A DNA stretch of 32,000 nt from Acinetobacter wanghuae (GCF_009557235.1 NZ_CP045650.1:390001-422000); one strand, 5' to 3'. Positions 1-9,011 are shown, counted from the stretch's first letter. Program-made: numbers and translations. The notes: generated by a model not told the origin, from the sequence alone.

Positions 1-70
1 CATTGTTTGTGAAGCCACAGACCAAAGCCATTTGGTTGGAACGAACGCAAGGTCGTGTTTAATCCAAGAT

Positions 71-98
71 AAAAAAAACCGCCTCATGGCGGTTTTTT
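71..98. terminator. Bidirectional intrinsic terminator downstream of the catalase gene
   Basis: Perfect 7-bp stem AACCGCC (77-83) / GGCGGTT (88-94) with a 4-nt loop. It is flanked by an A-run (71-78) and a T-run (93-98) and sits 19 nt past the catalase stop. An open + frame running in from the window edge also ends at TAA 60-62, so the hairpin may terminate a truncated upstream gene as well. Confidence 0.8.
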
Positions 99-116
99 AT
101 GTGCTGACTTTAAAGA

Positions 117-1637
117 TTAAAGTAAACCCGGATTGCCTTGTGCAGGGTCAGTTGCACGTGCAGCTTGCGCATCGTGAACGGTTAATCCTAATGCCTTGGC
201 AACACCTTCACCATAGGCAGGTTCACAAGCATAGCAGTTACGGATATGACGATACTTGATGAAATCAAGTGCATCACCCATTGCGCCCGCTGTGTTATTA
301 AATAACGCTTGTTTCTGTTGATCATTCATCAGATTGAATAACGCACGTGGCTGGCTAAAGTAGTCATTGTCATCTTCACGGAAATCCCAAAAATCAGCAT
401 TGCCGGTAATTTTTAAAGGCGGTTCACGATACTGTGGCTGTTCTTGCCACTGGTGAAAGCTGTTCGGCTCATAGTGTGGTAATCCGCCATAGTTACCATC
501 CATTCGACCTTGACCATCACGACGGTTTGAATTGACAGGGCAGCGTGCAGCATTGACAGGGATTTGTGAATGGTTCACACCAACACGGTAACGCGCAGCA
601 TCTGCATAGTTGACCAAACGCGCTTGCAACATACGGTCAGGTGAATAACTGATACCCGGAACTAAATTGCTCGGTGCAAAGGCTGCTTGCTCTACATCTT
701 GGAAGTAATTTTCTGGGTTACGATTCAACTCAAACTCACCCACTTCAATCAGTGGATAATCACCTTTTGGCCATACTTTCGTCAGGTCAAATGGGTGATA
801 AGGTACTTTTTCTGCATCCATTTCAGGCATGATTTGAACGTACATTTTCCATTTCGGCAAATCACCACGTTCAATCGCATCAAACAAGTCTGTTTGTGAG
901 CTTTCACGATCTTTAGCAATCAGTGCTTCCGCTTCCGCATCAGTTAAGTTCTTAATGCCTTGTTGCGTACGCATATGGAATTTCACCCAGAAACGTTCGT
1001 TGTTGGCATTAATGAAACTGAAAGTATGGCTACCAAAACCATGCATATGACGGTAACCATCTGGAATACCACGGTCAGACATGACAATTGTGACTTGATG
1101 CAGTGCTTCTGGTAATAATGTCCAAAAATCCCAGTTATTGGTGGCGCTACGTAAATTGGTTTTGGGATCGCGTTTAACGGCTTTATTTAAATCAGGGAAT
1201 TTACGCGCATCACGTAAAAAGAATACAGGGGTATTATTACCGACTAAATCCCAAACCCCTTCATCGGTATAGAACTTTAAAGCAAAGCCACGGATATCAC
1301 GTTCGGCATCAGCTGCACCACGTTCACCGGCAACCGTCGAGAAACGTGCAAACATTTCTGTTTTTTTACCAATTTCCGAAAAGATCTTTGCACGGGTGTA
1401 TTGGGTAATGTCATGCGTGACGGTAAATGTGCCAAACGCACCTGAACCTTTAGCATGCATACGACGTTCAGGAATCACTTCACGTACAAAATTGGCTAAT
1501 TTTTCATTCAGCCACAAGTCTTGTGCCAAAAGAGGACCACGTGCACCTGCGGTCATACTGTTTTGGTTGTCGACTACGGGCGCACCCGCATCCGTTGTTA
1601 AGTGAGTCATAGGACATTTCTTAGTGTCATTACTCAT
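117..1637 (-). CDS. katA: Monofunctional heme catalase, small-subunit type (~506 aa)
   Basis: The translation carries catalase hallmarks: [16 protein letters not shown] (distal His), [26 protein letters not shown], and the proximal Tyr region [14 protein letters not shown] chose ATG 1637 (MSNDTKK) because GGAGAA lies 5 nt upstream. The track ORF begins 4 codons earlier at 1649. Confidence 0.95.
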   Translation of the reverse strand: MSNDTKKCPMTHLTTDAGAPVVDNQNSMTAGARGPLLAQDLWLNEKLANFVREVIPERRMHAKGSGAFGTFTVTHDITQYTRAKIFSEIGKKTEMFARFSTVAGERGAADAERDIRGFALKFYTDEGVWDLVGNNTPVFFLRDARKFPDLNKAVKRDPKTNLRSATNNWDFWTLLPEALHQVTIVMSDRGIPDGYRHMHGFGSHTFSFINANNERFWVKFHMRTQQGIKNLTDAEAEALIAKDRESSQTDLFDAIERGDLPKWKMYVQIMPEMDAEKVPYHPFDLTKVWPKGDYPLIEVGEFELNRNPENYFQDVEQAAFAPSNLVPGISYSPDRMLQARLVNYADAARYRVGVNHSQIPVNAARCPVNSNRRDGQGRMDGNYGGLPHYEPNSFHQWQEQPQYREPPLKITGNADFWDFREDDNDYFSQPRALFNLMNDQQKQALFNNTAGAMGDALDFIKYRHIRNCYACEPAYGEGVAKALGLTVHDAQAARATDPAQGNPGLL

Positions 1638-2062
1638 GAGGTTCTCCATTCATTGTTATAGATGTTTTCTAAAGTCAAAGCTCTTTTAAAAGGTATCTAA
1701 TGCAAAGTAGATGTTGACTTTAAACATTGTGTAACTCGGTACAAGTTAGCCTCATGAAGTATCACACTTGCTTCATATCCGCCTGTTGTACTTATGCAAC
1801 CTTGTAGAAAATATTCAAAATTAAATGAACCGTGTTTAAATTTCTTCAAGATCTTGTTCTATTAAAGCTTTTTATAAAAATATGACAATGACAATTTGTT
1901 TAATTCCCGATGGGAATATTTGTTCGTTTTTATCGGAAAATAATATGAATATTTAACAAGCAATATGCCATTACAAAAAAATTAAATTATCTTAATAATC
2001 ATGTTTCTATTGCTAAGTTTCAGTTTTGTATTGACCCTGCACTTTTAAGCTAAAAAATATGC

Positions 2063-2090
2063 TTGAATATTGTACCGAAAAGCGTATGAT
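2063..2090 (+). promoter_or_regulatory. Putative sigma70 promoter TTGAAT - 16 nt - TATGAT for the ArfA-like ORF
   Basis: The hexamers at 2063-2068 and 2085-2090 have 16-nt spacing and lie about 60 nt upstream of ATG 2149. This is a motif match only. Confidence 0.35.
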
Positions 2091-2148
2091 CAGCTTCCCT
2101 AACGAGGGACTCATCACAACAGGTCTTGTTTGTAAAAGGTGAAATTTA

Positions 2149-2358
2149 ATGGCAAAAAAACAATCAAACGTAAAATTAGTTGAGCATAACTTTGTGGCAA
2201 AACATATGCATGAAGTCAATCAAAGCCAAGTGTTTACAGACCGTAAAAAGGCACTGAAACGGGGCTATAGCAAACATAAACAAGGGCGATATTCCAATGA
2301 AGATCGCTCTTTTTTAATGTCTGATCTTTTATTATTACCATTCATTCAAGCTGCTTGA
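2149..2358 (+). CDS. arfA: Small basic protein, probable alternative ribosome-rescue factor (ArfA-like)
   Basis: 69-aa ORF with SD AAGGTG 8 nt upstream. The segment NFVAKHMHE...RKKALKRGYSKHKQGRY aligns by eye with E. coli ArfA NAIEALLHD...KNKKGKGSYMRKGKHG. It has a hydrophobic C-terminal tail (FLMSDLLLLPFIQAA) and an intragenic hairpin plus T-tract, as known for arfA. No profile search was run. Confidence 0.5.
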   Translation: MAKKQSNVKLVEHNFVAKHMHEVNQSQVFTDRKKALKRGYSKHKQGRYSNEDRSFLMSDLLLLPFIQAA

Positions 2359-2767
2359 TGAATGTGAATCCAAGCTTGAAAAAGTATCGAGGCTTGATGA
2401 ATTCAGCGAATTAAAAGAATCAAAGCTCGATAAACTAGCTCCATAGGTATGACCAGCAGTATCTGTAGCTCCTACCATCGGTAATCCTGTTGCAGGATTA
2501 ATCTCAAAATGCTCTAACGATGAATTCATAGAATTCCAATCATCACTCAACAAATAATTTTTGCTTTGATACTGAATGCTCAGACATGCGTTCAAGTGCA
2601 TCCAAGTGTTCAAAATCATCCGATGAGGATGTGCCAAATAAAGTACCTACACCGAAACCTGTTGCAGCAAAAATTGACGTATTGCGTATAGTGCTTGGAA
2701 GCATCTGTTGATTTGGAAGTATCTGTTGATATTGTGTTGCTATGACGGAAGGATCTATCTTACCCAA
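2335..2767 (-). pseudogene. Ser/Asp-rich hypothetical ORF split by a 1-nt frameshift (track ORFs 2543..2767 and 2335..2637)
   Basis: The two overlapping minus-strand ORFs differ by one frame. Only the 5' piece reads protein-like before the A5/T5 tract at 2558-2562, and only the 3' piece reads protein-like after it. Fusing them at that tract gives about 144 aa. The same frame continues upstream through TAG (2776-2774) and TGA (2944-2942) to a hydrophobic start MEFVIFFMVVAVV (2983). Confidence 0.35.
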
Positions 2768-3021
2768 TAAGCGCTATTGTTTACGTGTGATCTCAACACC
2801 CATAAGCGGTGTGGGGTGAGTTACAGATCGCTCAGATGAACGATGACTGGTCATACCTGAATGGTTTGAGCTTGCATGAAAAGAAGACTTTTGGGCTGAT
2901 GTTCCATTTTTTGATGGGCGAGACTTTGCTTGACGCAGATATCACACCACCGCAACCACCATAAAGAAGATGACAAATTCCATGCGATGTCCTGATGATG
3001 ATGGTGTTGGACGTTATCCTT

Positions 3022-5319
3022 TTAAGCACTCACAATCCGCGTTGCAGATTTCACCATATCGCCTAAACCATGCGTTCTAAAGTAGCGCTCTAACCAACTT
3101 TTAACCACAAGCGGGTTATCGAGTTTGAGCACATGTGCGAGTAATTCTTGGGCATCACTCATCGGGACATGGCAAATCGCTTTACGCACACGCAAAATAT
3201 TGCTTGAACTCATGGAAAGGGTATTGAAGCCCATTGCCATAAGTAAGATAGCAGAAATAGGATCTCCCGCCATTTCGCCACAAATGCTGATCGGTTTATT
3301 ATGACGATGACAATCCTGAACCAAGCGCGATAACGCACGTAAAATGGCAGGATGCAAATGCGAATAGACACTTGCGACACGTGGATTATTACGGTCAACC
3401 GCCAGTAAATATTGGGTCAAGTCGTTTGAACCGACCGAGAAGAAATCGACCAATTCTGAAAATTCATCAATTTGATACAGCACACTCGGGACTTCAACCA
3501 TAATCCCGATTTTAGGTTTGGTAATTTTGACCTGTTCTTCTTCTTGAACTGCAACCCAATCGCGTTCAAGCAAATACAGTGCTTCTTCGACTTCACTGAC
3601 ACTGGTTACCATCGGCAGTAAAATATGCAGATTATTTAAACCAATACTGGCTTTCAGCATTGCGCGAATTTGTGATGAGAAAATTTCAGGATGATCGAGG
3701 GTAAAACGAATACCACGCCAACCAAGCGCTGAATTATCTTCTTCAATGGAGAAGTAAGGTAAATCTTTGTCCGCACCAATATCCAAAGTACGCATGACTA
3801 CAGGTTTATTGGCAAAGTGGCTCAACTGCTGACGGTAGATCGCCCTTTGTTCCTCTTCACCCGGGAAACGGTCGCGCAGCATAAATGGAATTTCTGAGCG
3901 ATACAGACCCACACCTTTGGCACCGCGTTGTACACCACGCACGACATCAATCATTAAACCTGTATTTACGAATAAACGCACTGCAACACCGTCAGGGGTA
4001 ATCGCATCTTTGGTTTCGTACTGGCGTAAATCTTTCGCGATTTGCTCTTCTTCTTTTTGAATTTCTTTATAACGGGTACGCAGGCGACGTGGTGGATTAA
4101 TAAAGACGCGACCTTGATGCGCATCGACAATCATTTCCACATCATCGAGCGTATTGATCGGCAGTTCTGTCACTCCGACAACGGTTGGAATACCGAGCGC
4201 ACGCGCGACAATCACCATGTGTGAGTTCATTGCACCTTCCGAGGTGACAATGGCTGCAATTTTATCGACAGGCAGTTCAACTAAAGCGGCAGTTGAAATT
4301 TCCTCACCAATTAAAATGCTTTCGTCGGTGAGTTCACGGTGGTTGGCATCTTCAACTTGCAACCGCGCCAAAATACGCCGACCGAGGTCTTTTAAATCGG
4401 CAACACGTTCTCTGAGATAATCATCTTCCATTTGCGCGAAGCGTGCGACGTGATTATCAATGACAATACGTACTGCACCTTGTGCCCAATTGCCTTCACG
4501 AATCTGTTCTTTGATTTCTGCGGGGAGGGCATTTTCGTCCAACATGCGTAAGAACACGCTAAACAATGCACGTTCTTCTGCCATTAAGGCATGCTGCATT
4601 TTATCGTCTAAATGTTTAATTTCTTCGCGTACAGAATCAAGGGCCGTGTCGAGGAGTTGCAACTCTTCACTAATATCATCTGCTTCACGATCAGGAACTG
4701 CACCTAAATCGGCAGGTGGGTACAGAATGACAGCACGACCGAGTGCAATGCCACCTGAACCAGAAACGCCTTGGAACGTCTTATAGGCAGGCAAATTGTT
4801 GGGTTTACGAAACACATCAATGTTACCGACAGCATGTGCATGGGCAATTACGCCTGAGAGCTGCGCGCATAAAGTCACAAGGAAGGATTCAGCCGCTTCA
4901 CTAAAGTCTTGTGATTCTTTATTTTGAACAACCAAAACGCCCATGACTTTACGGCGGTACATGACCGGAACGCCAAGGAAGGAGTTGTAAATTTCTTCGC
5001 CTGTTTCAGGTAAATATAAGAAACGTTCGTGCTTTGGCGCATTGTCTAAATTGACAATTTCTTCACGCTGTCCCACTAGCCCGACCAGACCTTCACCCAG
5101 TTGCAGTGAGACATGTCCCACCGCTTCTGGGTTTAATCCCTTAGATGCCATAAGCAAATAGCGATGATTGCGTTCATCGAGCAAATAAATGGAGCAGACA
5201 TCCACATGCATGGCTTCTGCCACATGATTGACCATGATATCGAGTGACTCATGCAAACTGGTCGATGCATTAATCTCTTGGACAATGCGTCTTAAAGTCT
5301 CCAGTTGCATATTCGACAT
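3022..5319 (-). CDS. ptsP: Phosphoenolpyruvate-protein phosphotransferase PtsP (EI-Ntr, N-terminal GAF domain)
   Basis: 765 aa. It has an N-terminal GAF-like region (VCSIYLLDERNHRYLLMASKGL), the phospho-His region TSEGAMNSHMVIVARALGIPTV, and the PEP-utilizer C-terminal motif FFSVGSNDLTQYLLAVDRNN. It lies downstream of rppH, as is typical in gammaproteobacteria. Confidence 0.95.
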   Translation of the reverse strand: MSNMQLETLRRIVQEINASTSLHESLDIMVNHVAEAMHVDVCSIYLLDERNHRYLLMASKGLNPEAVGHVSLQLGEGLVGLVGQREEIVNLDNAPKHERFLYLPETGEEIYNSFLGVPVMYRRKVMGVLVVQNKESQDFSEAAESFLVTLCAQLSGVIAHAHAVGNIDVFRKPNNLPAYKTFQGVSGSGGIALGRAVILYPPADLGAVPDREADDISEELQLLDTALDSVREEIKHLDDKMQHALMAEERALFSVFLRMLDENALPAEIKEQIREGNWAQGAVRIVIDNHVARFAQMEDDYLRERVADLKDLGRRILARLQVEDANHRELTDESILIGEEISTAALVELPVDKIAAIVTSEGAMNSHMVIVARALGIPTVVGVTELPINTLDDVEMIVDAHQGRVFINPPRRLRTRYKEIQKEEEQIAKDLRQYETKDAITPDGVAVRLFVNTGLMIDVVRGVQRGAKGVGLYRSEIPFMLRDRFPGEEEQRAIYRQQLSHFANKPVVMRTLDIGADKDLPYFSIEEDNSALGWRGIRFTLDHPEIFSSQIRAMLKASIGLNNLHILLPMVTSVSEVEEALYLLERDWVAVQEEEQVKITKPKIGIMVEVPSVLYQIDEFSELVDFFSVGSNDLTQYLLAVDRNNPRVASVYSHLHPAILRALSRLVQDCHRHNKPISICGEMAGDPISAILLMAMGFNTLSMSSSNILRVRKAICHVPMSDAQELLAHVLKLDNPLVVKSWLERYFRTHGLGDMVKSATRIVSA

Positions 5320-5405
5320 CAGGTCTGCTCCGTTTTTTAAGTGCTAATCTCAAGTTTATTTATAACAATAGATGACCAAAAAATCTGCATATTTATACGA
5401 TTTTT

Positions 5406-5888
5406 TTAGCTTTTTTGCCGAGGAAGCTGCTGACACAACTCCACCATCGCTTTACGGTAAACGTCGCGTTTAAAGTTGACGACTTGACCCAATGGATACC
5501 AATAACTGACCCATTGCCATTGATCAAATTCAGGCGGATCAGATAAATTCAATTGAATATTCTGAACTGAACCTGTCAGCCTCAATAAAAACCATTTTTG
5601 CTTTTGTCCGATACACACCGGATCTGAGTCCGGACGAATGTATCGATGTGGCAAACGATAGCGCAACCACCCTTTGGTTTGCGCAATAATTTGGACATGT
5701 TCGGGCAATAAGCCAACTTCTTCTCTTAGCTCACGAAAGAGTGCCTGTTCAGGGGTTTCTCCATATTGGATGCCTCCTTGTGGAAATTGCCATGCATTGT
5801 GACCAATGCGCTTTGCCCATAAAACTTGTCCAGCATCGTTTGCCAAAATGATCCCGACATTCGGTCGGAAACCTTCGGAGTCGATCAT
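5406..5888 (-). CDS. rppH: RNA pyrophosphohydrolase RppH (NudH, Nudix family)
   Basis: 160 aa with the start [15 protein letters not shown]. The Nudix box is [23 protein letters not shown]. It sits 86 nt upstream of ptsP on the same strand. Confidence 0.93.
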   Translation of the reverse strand: MIDSEGFRPNVGIILANDAGQVLWAKRIGHNAWQFPQGGIQYGETPEQALFRELREEVGLLPEHVQIIAQTKGWLRYRLPHRYIRPDSDPVCIGQKQKWFLLRLTGSVQNIQLNLSDPPEFDQWQWVSYWYPLGQVVNFKRDVYRKAMVELCQQLPRQKS

Positions 5889-6068
5889 TTGGCTACCTAA
5901 ATATTGTTTAATTTATAGCTTTACCCTCGGGGATTGTTATTTCTTTATCCAACACGAAAAGCAAAGTGTAAAAATGTTAAAATTGCTATGATCTTAACGA
6001 ATTTCTATCGACTAGCGGAGATAGATTTACAATTTTTTTCTTAAATTTCAGTTTTTACGAGTATTTTC

Positions 6069-6719
6069 ATGAAATTGGCACTGTTTGACCTTGATCACAC
6101 CCTATTAAATACAGATTCTGACCATTCATGGGGAGAATTTCTGGTCAATGAAGGTTTGGTCGATCCAATTCGTCATCGTGCCATGAATAACAAGTTTTAT
6201 GATGACTATAAAGCAGGGCAACTCGACCCCATTGCCTATAATGAGTTTGTGTTTGAATTTTTAACGCAGCATGAGTCTGATTATTTGACACAATTACATC
6301 AATTATTTATGCAAAAAGTCATTCGTCCACAAATGCGCCCTGAAGGCTTTAAAGCCATTCAACGCCATAAAGACGCAGGTCATGCTTTGGTGGGTATTAC
6401 CGCAACGTCGGACTTTATTACTGCACCAATTTTCCGTGAATTTGGTATCACTGAAATTATTGCCACCAATGCTGAAGTGGTAGATGGAAAATATACGGGT
6501 AAAGTGATTAATGTGCCGTGTTATCAACAAGGAAAATTAACGCGTTTAGATCAATGGCTTGCAGGTCGAGACGTGACCGAGTCATGGGCGTATTCAGATT
6601 CAATCAATGACCGTTTCTTATTGGAATATTCCGATCATGCGATTGCGGTGAATCCAGATGATCGCTTAGCAACTTTGGCAAAAGAACAGGGTTGGGATAT
6701 TCAGGACTGGTCGATCTAA
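6069..6719 (+). CDS. HAD-IB family hydrolase (SerB/phosphoserine-phosphatase-like)
   Basis: HAD motif I is FDLDHTL (DxDxT). The later motifs are GITATSD and YSDSINDRFLL. It is 216 aa and divergent from rppH. Confidence 0.85.
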   Translation: MKLALFDLDHTLLNTDSDHSWGEFLVNEGLVDPIRHRAMNNKFYDDYKAGQLDPIAYNEFVFEFLTQHESDYLTQLHQLFMQKVIRPQMRPEGFKAIQRHKDAGHALVGITATSDFITAPIFREFGITEIIATNAEVVDGKYTGKVINVPCYQQGKLTRLDQWLAGRDVTESWAYSDSINDRFLLEYSDHAIAVNPDDRLATLAKEQGWDIQDWSI

Positions 6720-6734
6720 TCTGAAAAAACTGTT

Positions 6735-6760
6735 AAGCACAACGAATGTTGTGCTTTTTT
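6735..6760 (+). terminator. Intrinsic terminator after the HAD hydrolase gene
   Basis: The stem is AAGCACAAC (6735-6743) / GTTGTGCTT (6748-6756) with loop GAAT, followed by a T-run to 6760. Confidence 0.8.
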
Positions 6761-6875
6761 ATGTGCGCTATTTCAGGGTGAATATTAATGTAATTTCACA
6801 ATGTATCTGAAGTTCACATGCTAAGCTTTCAAACTCAATACATGCCAATCACTAAAATAATCTGAGGGATTGAAT

Positions 6876-7133
6876 ATGAATCAGGTTCGACCGCGTATGA
6901 CGCATTTATTTGAACAATTAGGCTTAGATTCAACGGCTGCAGCAATCGCAGAATTTATCAGTGAGCATCAGTTACATCAAGATTTAGCATTGCTTGATGC
7001 GCCGTATTGGACAAAAGCGCAGCATCAATTCCTAGCCGAAAAAATTGCATCGGATGGAGAATGGGCAATTGTAGTTGATCAACTGAATGAAGCGCTACAT
7101 GAAGATGCAACCAGCGAAAGCCAAGTGCAGTAA
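6876..7133 (+). CDS. DUF2789-family small protein
   Basis: The pattern MTHLFEQLGLDS...IAEFI..H......L.DAPYWTKAQHQFL matches my memory of DUF2789 proteins. I chose ATG 6876 because GAGGGA lies 6 nt upstream. The track ORF uses TTG 6870. Confidence 0.7.
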   Translation: MNQVRPRMTHLFEQLGLDSTAAAIAEFISEHQLHQDLALLDAPYWTKAQHQFLAEKIASDGEWAIVVDQLNEALHEDATSESQVQ

Positions 7134-7154
7134 CGCGTCAAAATCATAGACGTT

Positions 7155-7181
7155 AAAAGCCAATCAAGAGATTGGCTTTTT
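7155..7181. terminator. Bidirectional terminator between the DUF2789 gene (+) and the LysR gene (-)
   Basis: AAAAGCCAAT (7155-7164) pairs with ATTGGCTTTT (7171-7180) as a perfect 10-bp stem with a 6-nt loop. The A and T runs are part of the arms. Confidence 0.8.
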
Positions 7182-7201
7182 ATTTGCGCTGAATGCTTGA
7201 T

Positions 7202-8071
7202 TTAAAGCTTAGGAATGCTCATTAACTCGACAAGCGCTTTTGCCGCTTTGGATTGAGTACGACCTGGATGCCATACCATGCCCAGTTGACGGCTCATTTC
7301 TAGGTTAATATCTAGCTGTTGTAGCTCTTGATTGACTAAAGTTTTAGGCAGCACCGACCAACCCAGTCCAATTGACACCAACATACGAATCGACTCGAGT
7401 GGGTTATTGCTCATGGTCACTTTCGGTTTGACACCTTGTTTTTCAAATTCAGCTAATGTGATTTGCGTGGTATAGGTTTGCGATGAAGGTAACAAGCTTG
7501 CATAAGCCAGTAAATCTTCAAGTTTTAAATTTTTACGCTGTGCCAAAGGATGGAATGGGGCTGCCACGAATACCAATGGATCATTCCAAATGGTCACATA
7601 GTTTAAGCGTTCATCACCCACCGGTGGCAAAGTCAAAAATGCGAGCTCTAAATCACCTGCAATCACTTGCTCATGCGCTTGTTCAGAATCCACAAAATGC
7701 ACGTCAAGCGTGACATTGGGGAAGTCTTGTACATACGTTGCCAAATGACTCGGTAAATGATGTAAACCAATATGATGGCTTGTACCCACTTTTAATTTGC
7801 CTTGCACCTGACCTTGTTGATGACTCAAGGTATGGTGAATATCACCCAATTCATTCAACCAGTTTTTAACTTTTGGCAGAAGTGAATGTGCCGCATGGGT
7901 GGCTTGGACACCACGTCCCGCAGATTCAAATAATTTCACACCAAAATATTCTTCTAAACTATGAATACGTTTGGTCACGGCAGGTTGGGTAATAAAAAGT
8001 TGATCTGCCGCCAAAGAAATCGATCCAGTTTCCATGACTTTTACAAAAGCTTCAAAGGCTGCGAGATTCAT
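7202..8071 (-). CDS. LysR-family transcriptional regulator
   Basis: The N-terminal wHTH reads NLAAFEAFVKVMETGSISLAADQLFITQPAVTKRIHSLEEYFGVKLFE, followed by a LysR substrate-binding-type C-terminus. I chose ATG 8071 because AGGTGA lies 5 nt upstream. The track ORF uses GTG 8080. Confidence 0.9.
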   Translation of the reverse strand: MNLAAFEAFVKVMETGSISLAADQLFITQPAVTKRIHSLEEYFGVKLFESAGRGVQATHAAHSLLPKVKNWLNELGDIHHTLSHQQGQVQGKLKVGTSHHIGLHHLPSHLATYVQDFPNVTLDVHFVDSEQAHEQVIAGDLELAFLTLPPVGDERLNYVTIWNDPLVFVAAPFHPLAQRKNLKLEDLLAYASLLPSSQTYTTQITLAEFEKQGVKPKVTMSNNPLESIRMLVSIGLGWSVLPKTLVNQELQQLDINLEMSRQLGMVWHPGRTQSKAAKALVELMSIPKL

Positions 8072-8292
8072 CTTAATCACCTATAACGAATTTTTATGCG
8101 TAAGTCTATTGTTGTTATATTCGAAGAATAAATCAAAGGAAATGTTGTGTTTTTGAATGAAATATAAACTTATAGTGAAAAGTAGAGGTTTTAAAGCAAG
8201 ATTATCTTAAAAATAATGTCTAATCATAAGAAGGGTAAAAGAGCCACTTAATAAAACATTCGATAAAGCGCATGACATGAGATGCAGAAGGC

Positions 8293-8323
8293 GAAAAAGA
8301 CCACCGAGGAAGGTCGTGGTCTT
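8293..8323 (-). terminator. Intrinsic terminator after the DUF2061 gene
   Basis: The stem is AAGACCAC (8297-8304) / GTGGTCTT (8316-8323). On the minus strand it is followed by a U-run (plus-strand A-run 8293-8298). It lies about 30 nt past the stop at 8353. Confidence 0.65.
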
Positions 8324-8352
8324 TTAATAGAAGATCGACATCGCTCAAAAAA

Positions 8353-8589
8353 TTAAACTGCAATATTTTGATCGGTAGATTTGGTTTTTTGTTCCCACAC
8401 TTTCTCATGGAAGAAGAAAGCAAAAGCTTGAACAGTCGGTTCTAATAAACTTAATGCCACCGCCATCGCCCAACTGCCTGTCACAAAGTAACCGACCAAC
8501 ATCGCAATACTGATGTGCATGATGTAATAGCTGAATGTTTTTTTAAACATAAGTTGATTATTTACAACGAATTTTTGAACTTGTGCCAT
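8353..8589 (-). CDS. DUF2061-family small membrane protein
   Basis: The segment KKTFSYYIMHISIAMLVGYFVTGSWAMAVALSLLEPTVQAFAFFFHEKVWE fits the two-helix DUF2061 pattern (VTGS...E....YY.HE..W). I chose ATG 8589 (MAQVQ) because GAGGAAG lies 6 nt upstream. Confidence 0.7.
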   Translation of the reverse strand: MAQVQKFVVNNQLMFKKTFSYYIMHISIAMLVGYFVTGSWAMAVALSLLEPTVQAFAFFFHEKVWEQKTKSTDQNIAV

Positions 8590-8937
8590 GTTGATCTTCC
8601 TCAAAAATAAATAGCGGATGCTTTGTCTTGATTAAATAATAATAATTCTCATTTAAATTGTCTAAATGTTTTTTTGAATGATCTTTATAGGGTAAATCTC
8701 AAATCACGTGATTACACTGAAATTGATTGCTTCATATACATTGGTTTTCGCAATATATTCGATGAGCCTATCAGGATTGATCTTTTTTATCGTAAAAATT
8801 ACTAATTTAAATTAAATATTGAGCATGTTCAGTACGAATAAACAGCGCTATTTTCTAGGCTATATAGCGTATATATTCGATAGAAAATCGAGAAGACCAA
8901 CATTCCAAAAAGTTTATAAACTAATAAAAATGATAAA

Positions 8938-8966
8938 TTAGATTTATGTGATTACGTGGTTATAAT
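8938..8966 (+). promoter_or_regulatory. Candidate leuC promoter (perfect -10 TATAAT at 8961-8966, weak -35 TTAGAT)
   Basis: The consensus -10 lies 46 nt upstream of ATG 9012. The -35 hexamer is poor. The motif GTGATTAC (8948-8955) sits in the spacer and recurs at 8708-8715. Confidence 0.3.
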
Positions 8967-9011
8967 CAAAGTTAATGAAAGAATTTACCCAGTCCAGTGG
9001 AGTACATCGAC

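Noticed and set aside
1-62. Possible 3' end of a + strand gene (frame 3 open from the window edge to TAA 60-62)
   Set aside because: Only 19 codons are visible and nothing is recognisable. The position before a terminator is suggestive but too thin to call as a feature.
32-259. 75-aa + strand ORF at the left edge
   Set aside because: It runs straight through the bidirectional terminator hairpin (71-98) and then lies antisense to the well-supported catalase 3' end. The sequence is not protein-like.
1850-2010. Fur-box-like AT-rich stretch (GAAAATAATATGAATATTT) and the ATGACAATGACAAT direct repeat upstream of katA
   Set aside because: It matches the Fur consensus at only about 11/19 positions, which is expected by chance in AT-rich intergenic DNA.
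2832-3029. 65-aa minus-strand ORF overlapping the ptsP stop
   Set aside because: It has a GTG start inside the ptsP stop region, no SD, and an odd composition (HGICHLLYGGCGGV). A different frame of the same DNA continues in phase with the decayed downstream ORF, so I treated the region as decayed or non-coding.
3210-4786. Several 60-108-aa ORFs inside ptsP, both same-strand alternative frames and antisense
   Set aside because: They are nested within a strongly supported 765-aa CDS, are low-complexity or compositional mirror images, and lack start signals.
8083-8097. LysR-type T-N11-A box ATAACGAATTTTTAT next to the LysR gene start
   Set aside because: It lies only 12 nt from the start codon in AT-rich DNA, the motif is very degenerate, and there is no divergent target gene.
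8825-8941. 38-codon ORF in the leuC leader as a possible attenuation leader peptide
   Set aside because: It has only two scattered Leu codons, no Leu run, and no terminator/antiterminator pair after it.
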